From Elusimicrobiota bacterium (GTDB taxonomy: Bacteria; Elusimicrobiota; Elusimicrobia; UBA1565; UBA9628), in the NCBI GenBank assembly GCA_044450965.1, contig JBIOJO010000006.1:22459-86458 (forward strand): DNA of 64,000 nt, given 5' to 3'. The notes below the pieces were generated by a model that had not been told where the DNA came from, ran no database searches, and saw only the letters and a list, made by a program, of their open reading frames with translations. The position numbers and the translations under genes were made by a program. Shown here in pieces: positions 62,888-64,000 of this stretch (position 1 is the stretch's first letter; each line of letters begins with the position of its first letter).

Positions 62888-63621
62888 GCGATCATCCGGC
62901 CGCCGTCCACGGTCAGTTCGGCTCCCGTGGAGAAATCGGCCGACTCGGCCAGGAAGAGACAGGCGCGCGCCACGGCCTCCGGCGTGCCCAGGCGCTTGAG
63001 CAAGGTCGCGTCGGACATCTTCTTCTTCTCCGTTTCGCTCATCCCGGCGGGCGCCAGCACGGGCCCGGGCAGGATCGCGTTGACCCGCACGTCGGGCGCC
63101 AGCGCCTTGGCCAGGATCTTGTTCACGCACAGAAGCGCCGCCTTCGACGCGCAGTAGGGCCCGAAATCCGAGTACGGACGGTGTCCGGCCCAGTCGGCGA
63201 TGTTGACCACCAACCCCTCCCCGGAGCGGCGCAGGTGCGGAGCGCAGGCCTGGGCCAGGAAGAACGGCGCGCGCGCGTTGACGGACATGTGGCGCTCCCA
63301 GTCCTCCGGCGTCGCCAGGGAGAACGGCGTCTTCTCGTAAAGCGAGGCGGAGTTGATCAGCACGTCCAGCCGCCCGAAGCGGCGCACCACGGCGTCGGCC
63401 AGCTTCGCGGGGGCCGTCGCGTCGGCCAGATTGGCGCGGAAGATGTCGGCGTCGGCTCCGGAGATGGCCTTGACCGCGTCGGCGACGCGGCGGGCGTCGG
63501 CGGCCGACGTGTTGTAGTGGACGGCCAGGCGCGCGCCTTTCGCGGCGAACGCCAGCGCGATGACGCGGCCGACGCGCCGTCCGGCGCCGGTGACCAGGAC
63601 GACCTTGCCTTCCAGGTTCAT
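62884..63621 (-). CDS. SDR oxidoreductase, pteridine reductase (PTR1/FolM)-like
   Basis: VTGAGRRVG cofactor motif, INSASLYEKTPF, catalytic YCASK. Confidence 0.75.
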   Translation of the reverse strand: MNLEGKVVLVTGAGRRVGRVIALAFAAKGARLAVHYNTSAADARRVADAVKAISGADADIFRANLADATAPAKLADAVVRRFGRLDVLINSASLYEKTPFSLATPEDWERHMSVNARAPFFLAQACAPHLRRSGEGLVVNIADWAGHRPYSDFGPYCASKAALLCVNKILAKALAPDVRVNAILPGPVLAPAGMSETEKKKMSDATLLKRLGTPEAVARACLFLAESADFSTGAELTVDGGRMIA

Positions 63622-64000
63622 TTCTCGTCTCCGGGGAGCTTCAGGTGACGCTGCGCCGGGGCCGCCGGCGCCGGCGGGGCGGCGCCGGCGGGAGTCTGCA
63701 GGCCCGCGGACATCATCTGCATGGTGAGCTGCTGGATCCGCTGCATCTTCGCGGCGAAGGCGGGGTCGCTGACGCCGCGGCCGGCGTCGAGCTGGCCTTT
63801 CGTGTCGGCGATGATGGACTGCAGCTCCTTCATCGCGGCCTTCTGCTGGGGCGTCATGCTCTTGGTCAGGGCGGGATTGTTCAGCATCGGCGCCAGGGCG
63901 TCCAGCATGCCGGAGGCGTGGGTCTGGACCCCTTGCGCCTGCTGCAGCGCGGCTTGCTGCGCCGTCGGTTCCGGGGCGGACGACGGCCCGCGCGCGTCGT
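63618..64000 (-). CDS. hypothetical protein, N-terminus outside window
   Basis: The frame stays open from the listed Met (63908) to nt 64000. Gln/Ala/Met-rich sequence. The stop overlaps the SDR start by 4 nt. Confidence 0.4.
   Translation of the reverse strand, partial: DARGPSSAPEPTAQQAALQQAQGVQTHASGMLDALAPMLNNPALTKSMTPQQKAAMKELQSIIADTKGQLDAGRGVSDPAFAAKMQRIQQLTMQMMSAGLQTPAGAAPPAPAAPAQRHLKLPGDEK

Overview
High-GC (by eye about two-thirds G+C, not computed), very densely coding chromosomal segment from an unidentified diderm bacterium. Outer-membrane barrels, a LolA-like protein and lipoproteins are present. I call 62 protein-coding genes, two of them cut by the window edges. I see no rRNA, tRNA, CRISPR array, transposase or integrase.

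Gene order:
- ispG (partial), an aminopeptidase-like lipoprotein, malic enzyme.
- A minus-strand LolA-like/FtsX/ABC/OM-barrel module.
- A class III nucleotide cyclase coupled to a family-6-like DNA glycosylase.
- GH57, an AI-2E permease, a secreted M3 peptidase, a hydrolase.
- A 1719-aa Kelch/Ig/FN3 protein with a T9SS-type tail, coupled to a PorV-like barrel.
- An orphan histidine kinase.
- An ECF sigma / anti-sigma / RseB-like / RadC / lipoprotein / Cas4-like nuclease / glpK chain.
- hicAB.
- A HAD / MsbA-like / aminotransferase / thioesterase block.
- Cytochrome c peroxidase.
- A CoA-thioester operon with an orphan PaaA-like diiron protein and two membrane proteins.
- A frameshift-split secreted papain-fold protein plus a lipoprotein.
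- hrpB.
- A low-GC islet with brnTA.
- A PLD / organophosphate-MFS / HAD cassette.
- A long trxB-lipA-E1ab-E2-lpd-lipB-pentapeptide operon.
- A pterin cluster (folB, CheY, PTPS-like, pteridine-reductase-like SDR).

Genes are chained by many 1-17 nt start/stop overlaps. All eight convergent junctions leave 12 nt or less, and three share a CTAG double stop.

Internal start coordinates were derived from the supplied ORF track by residue counting. Family names come from motif recognition only; no database search or computation was run. Long Arg/Ala/Gly-rich ORFs antisense to or out of frame with real genes are treated as high-GC shadow ORFs.
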